Shown here: positions 16,402 to 24,392 of the stretch, piece by piece
How the letters are laid out: each line of letters starts with the position of its first letter
Position numbering within the stretch: the stretch's first letter is position 1
Origin: Phycisphaera mikurensis NBRC 102666
GTDB lineage: Bacteria; Planctomycetota; Phycisphaerae; Phycisphaerales; Phycisphaeraceae
NCBI RefSeq assembly: GCF_000284115.1
Contig: NC_017080.1
Coordinates: 90,001 to 122,000 of the forward strand
Reading direction: 5' to 3'
DNA length: 32,000 nucleotides
Position numbers and translations under genes: made by a program
Notes under the pieces: model-generated
Database searches by the model: none
What the model was told of the DNA's origin: nothing
The model's input: the letters and a program-made list of their open reading frames with translations, nothing else

Positions 16402-17070
16402 ATGGACCCGCTCCGCCTCGTCGTCGCCCTGGTCGCGCTCGTGCTCGTGGGCGGTTTCGCCTTCCTCGCCGCCAACGGCGAGCGTCAGGTGGACGCCGGC
16501 TCCGCCGTCGGCTTCGTGAGCGACGACGTCGCCGCGGCGTCGACGCGGGCCGAGGTCGACGGCGGTCCCGCCATCGCGTACACCGCCGTCGGCGTCGACC
16601 CGCTGCCCGGCGGCGTGCTGTCGGGGGGAGACGCCGAGGCCGACGGCGACAACGCCCAGCCGGTCTTCCCGGACCCCGCCGACAAGGTCCGCCTCACCGA
16701 CAAACAGTGGCGCGACCGCCTGTCCGCCGCCGCGTACCACGTGCTCCGGCGGTCCGGCACGGAGCGGCCCTTCTCCAGCCCGCTGGACGGCGTGAAGGAG
16801 CCCGGCTGGTTCACCTGCGCCGGGTGCGGGAACCTGCTCTTCGAGACGAAGACCAAGTACGACAGCGGCACCGGCTGGCCCAGCTTCTGGGCGCCGGTCG
16901 CCGCCCGCCACGTCGTCGAGGAGGAGGAGAGCGGTCTCGACACGCGGATCGAGGTGCGTTGCGCCCGCTGCGACGGCCACCTCGGCCACGTGTTCCAAGA
17001 CGGCCCGCGCGAGGAGACCGGGCTGCGCTACTGCATGAACGGCGTGGCGATGGCGTTCACCGCGAAGTGA
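16402..17070 (+). CDS. msrB: Peptide-methionine (R)-S-oxide reductase with N-terminal membrane anchor
   Basis: One N-terminal TM helix; GWFTCAGCGNLLFETKTKYDSGTGWPSFWAPV; VRCARCDGHLGHVFQDGPREETGLRYCMNGVAMAF. Confidence 0.92.
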   Translation: MDPLRLVVALVALVLVGGFAFLAANGERQVDAGSAVGFVSDDVAAASTRAEVDGGPAIAYTAVGVDPLPGGVLSGGDAEADGDNAQPVFPDPADKVRLTDKQWRDRLSAAAYHVLRRSGTERPFSSPLDGVKEPGWFTCAGCGNLLFETKTKYDSGTGWPSFWAPVAARHVVEEEESGLDTRIEVRCARCDGHLGHVFQDGPREETGLRYCMNGVAMAFTAK

Positions 17071-17185
17071 ACTGCACCGGCGCGGCCGGCGCGGCCGACG
17101 CGTCACGCCGCGGCTGGCGTCGCCGCGGGCCCGCTTGGGCCCCCGCCCGCTCCCGCACCCGCTGGTTCTTCTACGTTCAAGCCCC

Positions 17186-17620
17186 TTGCCGCTCACCTGC
17201 TCCAAGACCTTCGGGCCGATCCCGATCGCGCACCGCCAGCACCGCCACCCCGGCCGGTGCCGGCTGGTCCACGGCCACGGCTGGACGGTCCGCGTCACCT
17301 TCGGCTGCGAGCGGCCCGACCCCAACGGCTTCGTGGTCGACTTCGGCGGGCTGCGGGCCTTCGACGACTGGCTCGACGAGAACCTCGACCACGGGATCCT
17401 GCTCTCGCGGGAGGACGAGGCCGGGCGGGCGATGGTCGAGGCGGCCCCGGAGCTCTTCAAGGTCACCTGGCTCGGGGTTGCCAGCTGCGAGGGCCTGGCC
17501 GCGGAGCTGATGCGGGTGTTCGGCGAGCTTCTGCACGCGAGCGAGGGCGACCGGGCGTGGATCGAGCGGATCGACGTGTGGGAAGACGACGCGAACCGCG
17601 TGACGCTCACCCGCGGCTGA
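17186..17620 (+). CDS. queD: 6-carboxytetrahydropterin synthase (QueD/PTPS family)
   Basis: TCSKTFGPIPIAHRQHRHPGRCRLVHGHGWTVRVTFGCERPDPNGFVVDFGGLRAFDDWLDENLDHGILL; TTG start proposed, in frame with ORF 17135-17620. Confidence 0.82.
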   Translation: MPLTCSKTFGPIPIAHRQHRHPGRCRLVHGHGWTVRVTFGCERPDPNGFVVDFGGLRAFDDWLDENLDHGILLSREDEAGRAMVEAAPELFKVTWLGVASCEGLAAELMRVFGELLHASEGDRAWIERIDVWEDDANRVTLTRG

Positions 17621-17661
17621 GCGGCGTCCGGACCCGCGGCAGACCCTCGGCGGGCGGCGGG

Positions 17662-17667
17662 TACCGT
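17662..17667 (+). promoter_or_regulatory. Candidate -10 box TACCGT, 7 nt from RdgC-like ATG
   Basis: TACCGT-CCCGCCC-ATG. Confidence 0.45.
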
Positions 17668-17674
17668 CCCGCCC

Positions 17675-18898
17675 ATGCCTTTCGACTCCGGCCGCGTCAC
17701 CTTCTGCCGCCTCGCCTGCCTCGGCGACGGCCCCGACCGGGTGGATGATGCGCTGCTGTCGGTCCTCAACGAGCACCGCTTCGAGGAGGCCCCGCCGGCG
17801 GGGCCCGACGACGTGGACAGCGGCTTCGTCACGCCGCTGCACATGCTCGACACGCGCTTCACCTACGAGAAGTGCGGCTTCGGGGAGGGTTCCACGCTCG
17901 CGCTGATCGGCGTGCGGGTGGACCGGCACCAGGTGCCGGCGGAGATCAAGCGGGCGTACCGGATCATGAACGAGCAGGCGGCGGCCACGGGCAACCCCTC
18001 CGGCTTCGCCACCAAGGGCCAGAAGGCCGAGGCCGCGGAGATGGCCGCCGGCCAGGTGAACGAGGACCTCGCCCGCGGCGTCTACCGCAAGAGCAAGGTG
18101 GTGCCGCTGCTGTGGGACCTGCCCCACCGCCGGCTCTTCTGCGGGGCGACCTCGGGCACCCCGCAGGAGGAGGTCGTCAAGCTGTTCCGCACGGCCTTCG
18201 GGCTCGACCTGCAGGTCGAATCCTCGGGCGCTGCCGTCGGCCGGATCCTCCGCGACACCGGCCGCACCCGCGACCACGAGGACCTCGCCCCCTCGGCATT
18301 CACGAAGCCGCCCGCCGAAGGCGGCGCCGACGACCGGAGCCAGGTGGGCGGCGCCAGCGGCGGCGCCGGCACGCCGCCGGTGCCCTGGACGGCCAAGGCG
18401 GTCGACCTCAAGGACTTCCTCGGCAACGAGTTCGCGCTGTGGCTGTGGTGGAAGACCGAGACCGGCGGCTCGGGCCTGGACACCTCCGCCGGCGAGGTCC
18501 ACGCCCTGCTGAACACGGCGCTGGACCTGGACTGCGCGTGGGGGCTCACCGGCCGCGCGAGCCTCCGCGGCGACGGGCCCACGCGCATGCGCGAGGCGGG
18601 CGAGGCGCTGAAGCTGGGCAAGTGGCCCCGCAAGCTGGGCCTGCACCTGGCCGACGCCGAGGAGGCCTACGAGTTCACGCTCGCCGCCGACCCCTTCGTC
18701 GTGTCCGCGGCGCGGCTGCCCGAGGTCGAGGACGCGCAGAGCCCGCGCGAGGTGGTCGAGGCCCGCCTCCAGCGGGTGACCCACCTGGGCTCGCTGCTGG
18801 ACGCGGTGTTCGACGCCTTCCTGCGGAGGCGGCTCGGCGGCGGGTGGAAGACCGACCGGGAGAAGATGCGGGAGTGGATCCAGGCGCGGGGGAGGTGA
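17675..18898 (+). CDS. RdgC-like (recombination-associated) protein, tentative
   Basis: TPLHMLDTRFTYEKCGFGEGSTLALIGVRVDRHQVPAEIKRAYRIMNEQAAATG...KGQKAEAAEMAAGQVNEDLARGVYRKSKVVPLLWDLPHRRLFCGATSGTPQEEVVKLFRTAFGLDLQ resembles RdgC architecture. The family call is from motif feel only. Confidence 0.45.
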   Translation: MPFDSGRVTFCRLACLGDGPDRVDDALLSVLNEHRFEEAPPAGPDDVDSGFVTPLHMLDTRFTYEKCGFGEGSTLALIGVRVDRHQVPAEIKRAYRIMNEQAAATGNPSGFATKGQKAEAAEMAAGQVNEDLARGVYRKSKVVPLLWDLPHRRLFCGATSGTPQEEVVKLFRTAFGLDLQVESSGAAVGRILRDTGRTRDHEDLAPSAFTKPPAEGGADDRSQVGGASGGAGTPPVPWTAKAVDLKDFLGNEFALWLWWKTETGGSGLDTSAGEVHALLNTALDLDCAWGLTGRASLRGDGPTRMREAGEALKLGKWPRKLGLHLADAEEAYEFTLAADPFVVSAARLPEVEDAQSPREVVEARLQRVTHLGSLLDAVFDAFLRRRLGGGWKTDREKMREWIQARGR

Positions 18899-18974
18899 GC
18901 GGCCGGTCGGCTCGCTGCGGGTCCATCCCGGCGGGCGGCGGACGCTCCGGGTTCGCGCCGCGTCGCCGCGACGC

Positions 18975-19709
18975 TCAGAGCGGCTCCGCTTTGGGCATCC
19001 CCGGCGCCCGCGGGTACTTCTTGGGCGTCGCGGAAGCCTTCACGACGCTCACCACCACCAGGTCGTTCCCGAAGCCCTCGGGGTAGGCGTCGAAGACGGC
19101 GACCTCGCCGGCGCCCAGGCGGTGGAGGGCCTCGCCGGAATCCCGCAGCTCCTGCTCGGCCCGCGGGCCCTTCATGCAGAGGCTGCGGCCCCCGACGGCG
19201 ACCAGCGGGAGCGTGAGCTCGAGGATGACCGGCATCGGCCCCACGGCGCGGCTGACGGCGAGGCCGTAGCGCTCGCGGAGGGCCGGGTCGCGGCCGGCGG
19301 TCTCGGCGCGGGCGTTGAGCACGGCGACGTTGGCGAGGCCCAGGGCGGCGGCGGTTTCCTCGAGGAAGCGTGCCTTCTTGCCCGTGGCCTCGAGCAGCGT
19401 GAAGGAGAGGTCCGGCCGGGTGATCGCCAGCGGGATCCCCGGCAGGCCGCCGCCGGAGCCGACGTCGATCACGCCGGTCGGCAGCTCGCCCGCGTCGGCT
19501 CCGGCCCCGGGCAGGCCGGGCAACGCGGTCAGCGCGTCGACCAGCAGGCGGAGCCACGCGGCGTCGTGCTCCCGCACGGCGGTGAGGTTCATCCGCTGGT
19601 TCACCTCCAGCAGACGGTGGAGGTAGGCGTCGAGCGTCTCCAGCGCGGCGTCGGGAACGCCGAGCTCCAGCCGCGTGAGCGCGGCGCGGGCCGCTTCGGG
19701 GATGGGCAT
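18975..19709 (-). CDS. rsmG: 16S rRNA (guanine(527)-N(7))-methyltransferase RsmG
   Basis: NQRMNLTAVREHDAAWLRLLVDAL...VIDVGSGGGLPGIPLAITRPDLSFTLLEATGKKARFLEETAAALGLANVAVLNARAE...AVSRAVGPM. Confidence 0.95.
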   Translation of the reverse strand: MPIPEAARAALTRLELGVPDAALETLDAYLHRLLEVNQRMNLTAVREHDAAWLRLLVDALTALPGLPGAGADAGELPTGVIDVGSGGGLPGIPLAITRPDLSFTLLEATGKKARFLEETAAALGLANVAVLNARAETAGRDPALRERYGLAVSRAVGPMPVILELTLPLVAVGGRSLCMKGPRAEQELRDSGEALHRLGAGEVAVFDAYPEGFGNDLVVVSVVKASATPKKYPRAPGMPKAEPL

Positions 19710-19715
19710 CGGCGG

Positions 19716-19721
19716 ACCCTA
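19716..19721 (-). promoter_or_regulatory. Candidate -10 box TAGGGT, 6 nt from rsmG ATG
   Basis: Reverse complement TAGGGT-CCGCCG-ATG. Confidence 0.5.
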
Positions 19722-19802
19722 CCGGGCTCGGAGCGGTGCCCGATTGGCGTAAGGTGCGGGCTTCGCCCGCGGGCGTCACCTGTTCTCTGCCGCCGCCGCA
19801 CC

Positions 19803-21473
19803 ATGCCCGACGCCCCGCCCCCGACCGAGCCCACCGAGAACGACGAGCACGGGGGGCTCCGGCCCGGGAGCGCCCACGCGGGGCGAGCGGCCGACCCGTA
19901 CCTCGCGGAGGAGGAGCCCTCAGCGGGAGAGCAGCCCTCAGCGGCGGAGGAGCCCTCAGCGGAAGCAGCGCCCTCGGCGGATGCCGCGGGGGCGGAGGCC
20001 GATCCAGCCGCCGCGGCGTCCGGCGGCCAGGCGCCGCCACCGGGCACCGGGTCGCTCCCCGGAAGCGCCGCCGGGCCCGCGGACGCGGCCGGGCGTGCGC
20101 CGACGCTGGAGGACGGGGGCGACGACGCCGAGGAGGAAGACGACGACGCTTCCGCGTTGCTCGCCGACGCCGCCGAGGCGCTCGTGGGCGGAGCGACCGG
20201 TGCCGCCGCCGACCCCGGGGCCGATCCCGAGGCGCCGGCCGATCCTCCCCCCGCCCCCGCCCCGCTCACTCCGGCCCAGCGGGAGCAGGCGGTGGTCGCG
20301 GCCGCCAACCGCCGCAGGCAGCAGCTGGTGATCGCCGGATGGCTTCAGCGGGCGGGGATCGCCTGCACGCTCGTGCTCCTGGTGCTCGCGGCCGCGGTGT
20401 ACGTCGCCCGCCGCACCACGGCCGACGCCGCATGGACGGCGCACCTGGCCTGGCTCGCGGTCACGCTGCCGCTGATCGCCTGGGCGCTGTACCACACGAC
20501 GGCGCGGAGCGCCCCGCCCGCCGAGCGGCTGCGGACGCAGGTCGAGCGGGAGCTCCGCCGGCGCGACGAGCTGCCCCTGGAGCCGACGCGGGCCGCGTCG
20601 CGGACGCCCGTCGCCGGCACGCTGGCCGCCGGCGCCGCGGCGCTGCTGGTGGTGCTCGCGGGCGCGGTGCCGGTGGCGCGGCCCCGGCTCGAGCAGGCGG
20701 CCAGCACCGTCACCCGCCAGGCGCTGGGCGTGGAGAGCAAGGCCGAGGCGCTGCGCAACGCCGGGGTGGCCGGCGACGGGGCCGCCGGCGTGAGGGAGCA
20801 GATCCGCGGGCTCGCCACCCCGCCGCGCAGCTTCGAGGAGGCGGCGCGGCAGCAGGTGGGCCTCGCCCGCATCGAGGCGGACCTCGACGCCGCCGCCCAC
20901 CGCGTCGCCGAGCGGGCGGAAGCGGCCATCGCCCCGGCCAACGCCGCCGCCGCCCTCGCGGCCGCCTTCGACCTCACCCCGCCGCCGCCGCCGGTCGCGC
21001 CCGACCCGCCCGCACCGGACCCCGACGCCGAGCCCGAGCCCGAGCCCGGAGCCGGCGACGCGGCGCCCGCGGCACCCCCGCCGCCCCGCCCCGGCGGCCT
21101 GCCCCCGGGCGCCGCGACGGCGCTGCTCACGCTGGCGGAGCAGTCGGTCGGCGACGGCCTCGCCGCGGGCGGCGAGGCGTCCGCCTCGCTTCCCGGGGGC
21201 GTCGCGGCTTCGCTGCGGCAAGCCGAAGCGGCGGGGGAGCCGCCGCCCGCGGCGACCCTCGCCGAGGTCACCCGCTTCGTTCTGGACCGCCGCGCCGCCC
21301 ACGACAAGCTGCTGCAGCGGCTCGCCGAGGGCGGCTTCGCCACCGGCGCGGCGGTGGCGGTCACGCGGACCGACCCCGGGCGGATCGATTCCCAGGCCTT
21401 GGCTGCGGCGCTTCGCGGCCTCGACACCGTGGACGCCGACGCCGTGCTGGCCGCCTGCGCGACGCTCCGCTGA
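19803..21473 (+). CDS. Hypothetical protein: acidic, low-complexity N-terminus followed by TM segments
   Basis: Start MPDAPPPTEPTENDEHGG; Ser/Ala/Glu-rich region; TM segments IACTLVLLVLAAAVYVA, AWLAVTLPLIAWALY, GAAALLVVLAGAV. Confidence 0.6.
   Translation: MPDAPPPTEPTENDEHGGLRPGSAHAGRAADPYLAEEEPSAGEQPSAAEEPSAEAAPSADAAGAEADPAAAASGGQAPPPGTGSLPGSAAGPADAAGRAPTLEDGGDDAEEEDDDASALLADAAEALVGGATGAAADPGADPEAPADPPPAPAPLTPAQREQAVVAAANRRRQQLVIAGWLQRAGIACTLVLLVLAAAVYVARRTTADAAWTAHLAWLAVTLPLIAWALYHTTARSAPPAERLRTQVERELRRRDELPLEPTRAASRTPVAGTLAAGAAALLVVLAGAVPVARPRLEQAASTVTRQALGVESKAEALRNAGVAGDGAAGVREQIRGLATPPRSFEEAARQQVGLARIEADLDAAAHRVAERAEAAIAPANAAAALAAAFDLTPPPPPVAPDPPAPDPDAEPEPEPGAGDAAPAAPPPPRPGGLPPGAATALLTLAEQSVGDGLAAGGEASASLPGGVAASLRQAEAAGEPPPAATLAEVTRFVLDRRAAHDKLLQRLAEGGFATGAAVAVTRTDPGRIDSQALAAALRGLDTVDADAVLAACATLR
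19913..19982 (+). repeat. Imperfect tandem repeat within a CDS encoding (E)PSA(G/A)E-type units
   Basis: gagccctcagcggg/gagcagccctcagcggcg/gaggagccctcagcgga/...ccctcggcgg; translates EPSAGEQPSAAEEPSAEAAPSADAA. Confidence 0.55.
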
Positions 21474-21499
21474 GCATCCGGCGCGGAAGCGAGCCGCCG

Positions 21500-22987
21500 T
21501 CAGCTCGCCCGCGCCACCGCCCGCACCCGCGGGCCGATCACCTCCTGCCAGAGGATCTTCACGCACGCCGCGAAGGGGATCGCCAGCAGCAGCCCCAGCA
21601 GCCCGGCGACGGCGCCGCCGGCGAGCACGACCAGCAACACCGTGAGGGCATCGAGGTTGGTCGCCTTGCCCTGCACGAGCGGCTCGATCACCCAGGCGTC
21701 GAGCCCCTGGCCGAACCCGTACACCAGCGTCGGCCCCAGCACCGCCCACCAGAGCGTGGGGCCGTCCTCCACCGCGATGCCGCTCATCACCGAGAGCCCC
21801 ACCGCGATCGGCCAGACGATCGCCCCGGCGTAGGGCACCAGGCCCAGGATCCCGCCGGCGATGCCCAGGATCAGCCCGCCGGGGGTGCCGGCCAGCGTGA
21901 AGCCGACGCTGAGCACGATCGCCAGCAGCGTCGCCTGGATCAGCCGGCCGCGGAGGAACGCGGCGACCGAGCGGTCCATCCGCACCGCCACGGCGATGAT
22001 CTCATCGCGGTGCGAGGCCGGCAGGTACGGCATCCACCAGGCGACGAAGGCCGGCCACTTCCACACCGCGAAGAAGAAGCAGAAGCAGACCACCAGCGTC
22101 GCGACCGTGAGGTAGCCGGCGAGGCCGAGCAGGCCGATGATCGTGCTGGCGCCGACGTCGAGCACGGCGAAGCCCGTGGAGGAGATCGTCGACAGCTCCA
22201 TCGACCGCAGCCGATCGAGGAGGCGGCTGAGCACGCCGGAGGACGAGCCGCTTCCCTCCTCGCTCAGGCCATCGGATTCGCGGTGCAGCTCGCCGTCCAT
22301 CACCAGCAGCCCGCCGTCGGGTCCGGCGTCGAGCAGCGTCGCCGGGGGTGCCTCCGCGTCCGCGTCCGCTTCGACCCGCACCTCCACGGCGCTTCCCGCC
22401 CCCGGGTCCGCCGCGTCGTTCTCGCCGGGCACCGCCTCCGCCGCGTCGGCCTCGGGGAGCACCGCCGCCACGGCCTGGTCGAGGTCGCCGTGGGCCGCCC
22501 CCTCGATCACCTCCTTGGCCGCGTCGGGGATCTCCAGGTACTCCCCCGCCGCCTCCGTCGTCGCCTCGATGTACGCGGGGATGTCGCGGAGCAGGCCCTG
22601 GGCCTGGCCGATCACCGGGCCGGTGAGCCAGGCGAAGGCGAGCGCCAGCAGCCCGAAGAACCACAGCAGCAGCGCCGCCGCCGAGAACACCCGCGGCATG
22701 CGGTGCCTGCGGCTCGCCCAGGTCACCAGCGGGTTGACGGCGTAGGCCAGCCCAAGACCGATGAGGACCGGCAGCAGCACCGGCCGGGTCATGTAGACCA
22801 GCTCGAACACCGGCGGCAGCACGTACGACGCCACCGCCAGCGCGACGAGCCCGCCGAGCAGCACCTGGAACCACCGCAGCCGCCACACCGGCGTCGCCGG
22901 CTCGCCCATCGGGTCGAGCCCGGCGAGCACCCCGCCGCGGGGGGCGGCGGGCGACTCGGATTCCCGCCTCGGGGCTGGCTCGCTCAT
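21500..22987 (-). CDS. AI-2E transporter (PerM/YdiK) family permease
   Basis: RPVLLPVLIGLGLAYAVNPLVTWASR...; GFAVLDVGASTIIGLLGLAGYLTVATLVVCFCFFFAVWKWPAFV; LRGRLIQATLLAIVLSVGFTLAGTPGGLILGIAGGILGLVPYAGAIVWPIAVG. Confidence 0.88.
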   Translation of the reverse strand: MSEPAPRRESESPAAPRGGVLAGLDPMGEPATPVWRLRWFQVLLGGLVALAVASYVLPPVFELVYMTRPVLLPVLIGLGLAYAVNPLVTWASRRHRMPRVFSAAALLLWFFGLLALAFAWLTGPVIGQAQGLLRDIPAYIEATTEAAGEYLEIPDAAKEVIEGAAHGDLDQAVAAVLPEADAAEAVPGENDAADPGAGSAVEVRVEADADAEAPPATLLDAGPDGGLLVMDGELHRESDGLSEEGSGSSSGVLSRLLDRLRSMELSTISSTGFAVLDVGASTIIGLLGLAGYLTVATLVVCFCFFFAVWKWPAFVAWWMPYLPASHRDEIIAVAVRMDRSVAAFLRGRLIQATLLAIVLSVGFTLAGTPGGLILGIAGGILGLVPYAGAIVWPIAVGLSVMSGIAVEDGPTLWWAVLGPTLVYGFGQGLDAWVIEPLVQGKATNLDALTVLLVVLAGGAVAGLLGLLLAIPFAACVKILWQEVIGPRVRAVARAS

Positions 22988-22993
22988 GCGGCA

Positions 22994-22999
22994 ACGCTA
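22994..22999 (-). promoter_or_regulatory. Candidate -10 box TAGCGT, 6 nt from AI-2E-family permease ATG
   Basis: Reverse complement TAGCGT-TGCCGC-ATG. Confidence 0.5.
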
Positions 23000-23024
23000 C
23001 CGGGAACCGCTCTGTGGCAGCTCA

Positions 23025-23098
23025 TGGACGATCTCGGGCTCGAACCGAGGACCTTTCCGGTGTAAACGGAACGCTCTGGCCAGCTGAGCTAATCGTCC
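23025..23098 (-). tRNA. tRNA-Val(UAC), CCA not encoded
   Basis: Reverse complement GGACGAUUAGCUCAGCUGGCCAGAGCGUUCCGUUUACACCGGAAAGGUCCUCGGUUCGAGCCCGAGAUCGUCCA. It has a 7-bp acceptor, a 5-bp anticodon stem UUCCG/CGGAA with loop UUUACAC, and T-arm CUCGG/CCGAG. Confidence 0.95.
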
Positions 23099-23232
23099 GG
23101 CACGCGGATGATGCCAGATCGTGCGCCCGGTCGCGGCTTCGGGCCGCCTCGGGTTCAACCAGCTTCTACATCGACGGAGTCGATGAGCCACCTTTGGGCG
23201 TCGGCCTGCAGGTCCGCGGCCGCGTCGTCGCG

Positions 23233-24249
23233 CTAGGCCGCGCCGTGCGGGTCCCGCTTGCGGCGCTCGCCGAGGCGCCGCTCCAGGCCGGCGAAGTCCG
23301 CGGCGTCGATGCGGCGGCGGTCGGTGGAGCGGAGCGGCGGCGGCGTGCCGCGGACCGGCCCCGCGGCGGGGCACGCGGCGGCGACGGCGGCCAGCGTGGG
23401 CCGCGGGTCGCGGCAGAACGCTTCGTAGCCGACGCGGACCACCCGGGCCGGCTCGACCGCGTCCGCCTGCTCACGGATCCGCCGCTGGAAGGCGCGGACC
23501 TGGTTGCACACGGCCTCCACCGCGCCGTTCTCGACCCCGGGCTCGGCGTCCTCGGCGAGCAGTCCCCAGCCGTGCTGCGCGTCGCCCTGCACCAGCGCCC
23601 GCGCCTCCAGCAGGGACTGCGCCACGAAGACCGGGTCGCGTTCGACCGCCACGAAGACCGCGCCCGGCAGCGCCTCCGCGAGGGCCTCGATCGCCAGGGC
23701 GTTGCGGTTGTTCTTGTTGAGCAGCGGGCGGCCGAAGGCCGCGTTCCAGGCGGAGACGAAGGCCCGGAGCTCCTCGATCGCTTCCCCGCGCAGCGGCGTG
23801 GGCTCGCCGCGGACGCCGCCGAACCAGCGGTCCCAGACGGCGAAGGCGTCGTTGGGCCCCCCGGGCCCGCGCACGCTGCCAAAGAAGCTCCGCGTCGAGG
23901 GCACCGGCTCGCGCTGCCAGCGGGGGACCAGCCGGCCCGCGGAAATCGGCGACCGGGGGAAAGCGCCGGTCCAGTTGCTCGTGTAGCTGACCCGCAGGTG
24001 CGCCGCGAGCAGCTGGTAGACGAGCGTCGTCCCGCTGCGGGGCCCGCCGACCACGAGCACGCAGGGGGCGGAGCCATCGGGGGCCTCGCCGCCGAGCCGC
24101 CGCCGCTCCGCGGCGGCCAGCAACGCGTCCAGCGGGCGGACGGCCACGCCCAGCGCCTCGCGCAGCAGCACCGACCTCGCCGTGGGGTCCGGCGAGCGGA
24201 GCATCCGCCACGCCAAGCCCAGCGGATCGCGGAAGTTCGGCTCGACCAT
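23233..24249 (-). CDS. Sulfotransferase family protein
   Basis: CVLVVGGPRSGTTLVYQLLAAHLRVSYTSN (5'-PSB loop); NKNNRNALAIEALAEALPGAVFVAVERDPVFVAQSLLEAR (3'-PB-like). Start at MVEPNFRDP. Confidence 0.82.
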   Translation of the reverse strand: MVEPNFRDPLGLAWRMLRSPDPTARSVLLREALGVAVRPLDALLAAAERRRLGGEAPDGSAPCVLVVGGPRSGTTLVYQLLAAHLRVSYTSNWTGAFPRSPISAGRLVPRWQREPVPSTRSFFGSVRGPGGPNDAFAVWDRWFGGVRGEPTPLRGEAIEELRAFVSAWNAAFGRPLLNKNNRNALAIEALAEALPGAVFVAVERDPVFVAQSLLEARALVQGDAQHGWGLLAEDAEPGVENGAVEAVCNQVRAFQRRIREQADAVEPARVVRVGYEAFCRDPRPTLAAVAAACPAAGPVRGTPPPLRSTDRRRIDAADFAGLERRLGERRKRDPHGAA

Positions 24250-24392
24250 GGCTCTGCTCCCGGGCCGCGGCGGCGGCGGCGGGGGTTCTAGCAGGCCCGC
24301 CGCGGGCGACGCGTCCGCGGTGCCGCTTTGCTGCTCCCGCCGCCGCCGCCCTTCTGCCTCGCGGGCCGGGCCTCCCGTACCTTCCACGCATC

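Noticed and set aside
17090-17160. GC-only short repeats (ggcgcggccggcgcggcc) between msrB and queD as a regulatory element
   Set aside because: Very short and expected by chance in G/C-only sequence; no independent support.
19736-23065. 1109-aa + strand ORF spanning several genes
   Set aside because: Low-complexity frame-shadow of the two-TM protein and the AI-2E permease (antisense); it also runs into the tRNA-Val region.
23166-24077. Alternative - strand ORF MAPPPACSWSAGPAAGRRSST... as a gene
   Set aside because: Shadow frame of the sulfotransferase; the 23233-24249 frame contains the GPRSGTT P-loop and a sensible start.
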